Below the pieces are notes generated by a model. It had not been told where the DNA came from, searched no databases, and worked only from the letters and a program-made list of their open reading frames with translations. A stretch of DNA of 64,000 bases from Magallana gigas (taxonomy: Eukaryota): positions 40,796,001-40,860,000 of the forward strand of contig NC_088856.1 in the NCBI RefSeq assembly GCF_963853765.1, written 5' to 3'. Made by a program: the position numbers and the translations under genes. Of the stretch, positions 62,905-64,000 are shown piece by piece (the first letter of the stretch is position 1; every line of letters begins with the position of its first letter).

Positions 62905-63273
62905 TTACGAGATTGTTTACGTGCGCTAAGCAACTTCTTGTCCGTAGTCACGTGATTCCGCGTATAAAAATGAGATTCATTGATTTGACGAAACGAAACT
63001 CGGAAATGGTCTATTAAGAGTCTTGCATCCGTTGACCGCTTTCCAAAGTCCAATCATCATCGAGAGTTTTATTCTTCCTGGTCATTCCGCTCACACCACG
63101 AGTTCTAACTACGCAGTTGTCCCTTTCGGTCAATGACCTTTAACATTGTTCACTATACACTTATTTCGTATCGAGTGCACAACAAGCTAATGACTAATTA
63201 ACGTAAAGCAGAATACAATCATAATATTATATTTCATATATATACGGCTATCTGGTTACAAAATGCATGGTGC

Positions 63274-63382
63274 ATCTGTAGGGCATTTAAAGTTGAAAAT
63301 AAATTCTGCTATTTTAACCAACTCATTCTCTTTATACCCAGCAACTGAAATTCCCTTTGTTTTGAGAAACTCGTGCAATTCT
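63274..63382 (+). repeat. 109-bp exact direct copy of 62764-62872
   Basis: atctgtagggcatttaaagttgaaaat...tcgtgcaattct occurs at both positions. Confidence 0.9.
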
Positions 63383-63862
63383 TAACTCAATAAATATATG
63401 TCATAGGGAAAAGAAACTTGCTAATAAGGATTTTTTTTTTTACTCTTGTATATTGTTACCATGGTAACAAATTTAACAAAAATTATCAAAAGGCATATCC
63501 TGTGGAAGAGAGTCTACATTTAACTAAAGTTCAAAATCCAGAAGAACAAGAAACACCCGCTAAGTCTGTGAAATATGTATAATCAATGTAAAGTTTCCCA
63601 GTATCTAATATTCTAAATTATCTGCATGTAAAATACTGGCCAGGGTATATAGTTTTTACAGGTTCCTTCTTTTAAACTTGGACGAGTGTAGTTACAAAAA
63701 TAAATTTTACTTACATCAAGTGTGGCTCATTGTTGTGTTTTATTCTTTGAAGAAGTTCCATTTCAATTTACATGTCATCTAAAATGAAATGTTTTGAATT
63801 AAATTCTACATTATCAAACGCTATCCCCAACATTTGCTATTCCATGTCAAAAACAGACATAT

Positions 63863-63865
<3 letters not shown>

Positions 63866-63907
<42 letters not shown>

Positions 63908-63968
63908 GAGAGATTAAGAGAAACAGAGAGAATTAGAGAGAGGGGGAAAGATACAGAAAGAGAGAACA
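63866..63968. repeat. (GA)n microsatellite, degenerate
   Basis: Direct reading. Confidence 0.9.
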
Positions 63969-64000
63969 GATAGGCAACAATAACAACATCTTCATGCACA

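Larger units (their letters stand above)
54256..63012 (+). mobile_element. ISL2EU-type (PIF/Harbinger-related, PHIS) DNA transposon, 8757 bp including nested elements and a gap
   Basis: Inverted repeats AGACGATTTCCGAG / CTCGGAAATGGTCT, a 2-bp AT duplication (54254-54255, 63013-63014), and convergent THAP-DDE transposase and YqaJ exonuclease genes. This pairing is the established ISL2EU organisation. Confidence 0.88.
46196..63260 (-). mobile_element. Ty3/Gypsy LTR retrotransposon (~8.3 kb without the nested ISL2EU), young, with env-like ORF3
   Basis: TG...CA LTRs, a 4-bp AAAT duplication (46192-46195 and 63261-63264), PBS, polypurine tract, gag with two CCHC knuckles, and pol in PR-RT-RH-IN order. 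Confidence 0.95.
53989..63260 (-). repeat. 5' LTR, split into 53989-54255 and 63013-63260 by the ISL2EU insertion
   Basis: The two halves rejoin to TTACA-AT-TAAGAG, identical to the intact LTR at ~46456-46468. Confidence 0.93.

Noticed and set aside
62799-63053. 84-aa ORF across the ISL2EU/LTR junction
   Set aside because: A chance frame crossing two different elements.

Overview
AT-rich, intron-containing animal DNA with two short N gaps. The repeat families and gene types suggest a bivalve, probably a Crassostrea/Magallana oyster (inference). The left two-thirds (about 0.8-40.7 kb) is a tandem segmentally duplicated cluster. It holds three minus-strand RING-less TRIM-like genes (B-box, coiled coil, NHL; one intact, two broken) interleaved with plus-strand PAN/Apple+MAM-domain gene copies (one near-complete, two 3' fragments), plus many MITEs, a Helentron and long hairpin repeats. 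One duplicate carries a private ~3.1-kb insert with a degraded intronless ORF encoding a RING/PHD-variant zinc finger (possibly virus-like). The right third is a very young Ty3/Gypsy element (46196-63260, minus strand, AAAT target duplication, near-identical 515-bp LTRs, gag, -1 frameshift signal, intact pol, short env-like ORF3). Its 5' LTR is interrupted by an 8.76-kb ISL2EU/PHIS DNA transposon (AT target duplication; spliced THAP-DDE transposase facing a SWIM+YqaJ exonuclease gene), which itself carries three nested non-autonomous elements in its introns. The most novel leads are (i) a 16-nt LTR motif complementary to the 5'/D-arm of the same tRNA-His that the primer-binding site appears to use, suggesting bipartite primer binding; (ii) the orphan RING-variant insert; (iii) evidence that the ISL2EU moved with older MITEs as intronic passengers. 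All alignments and translations were done by eye; no searches were run.
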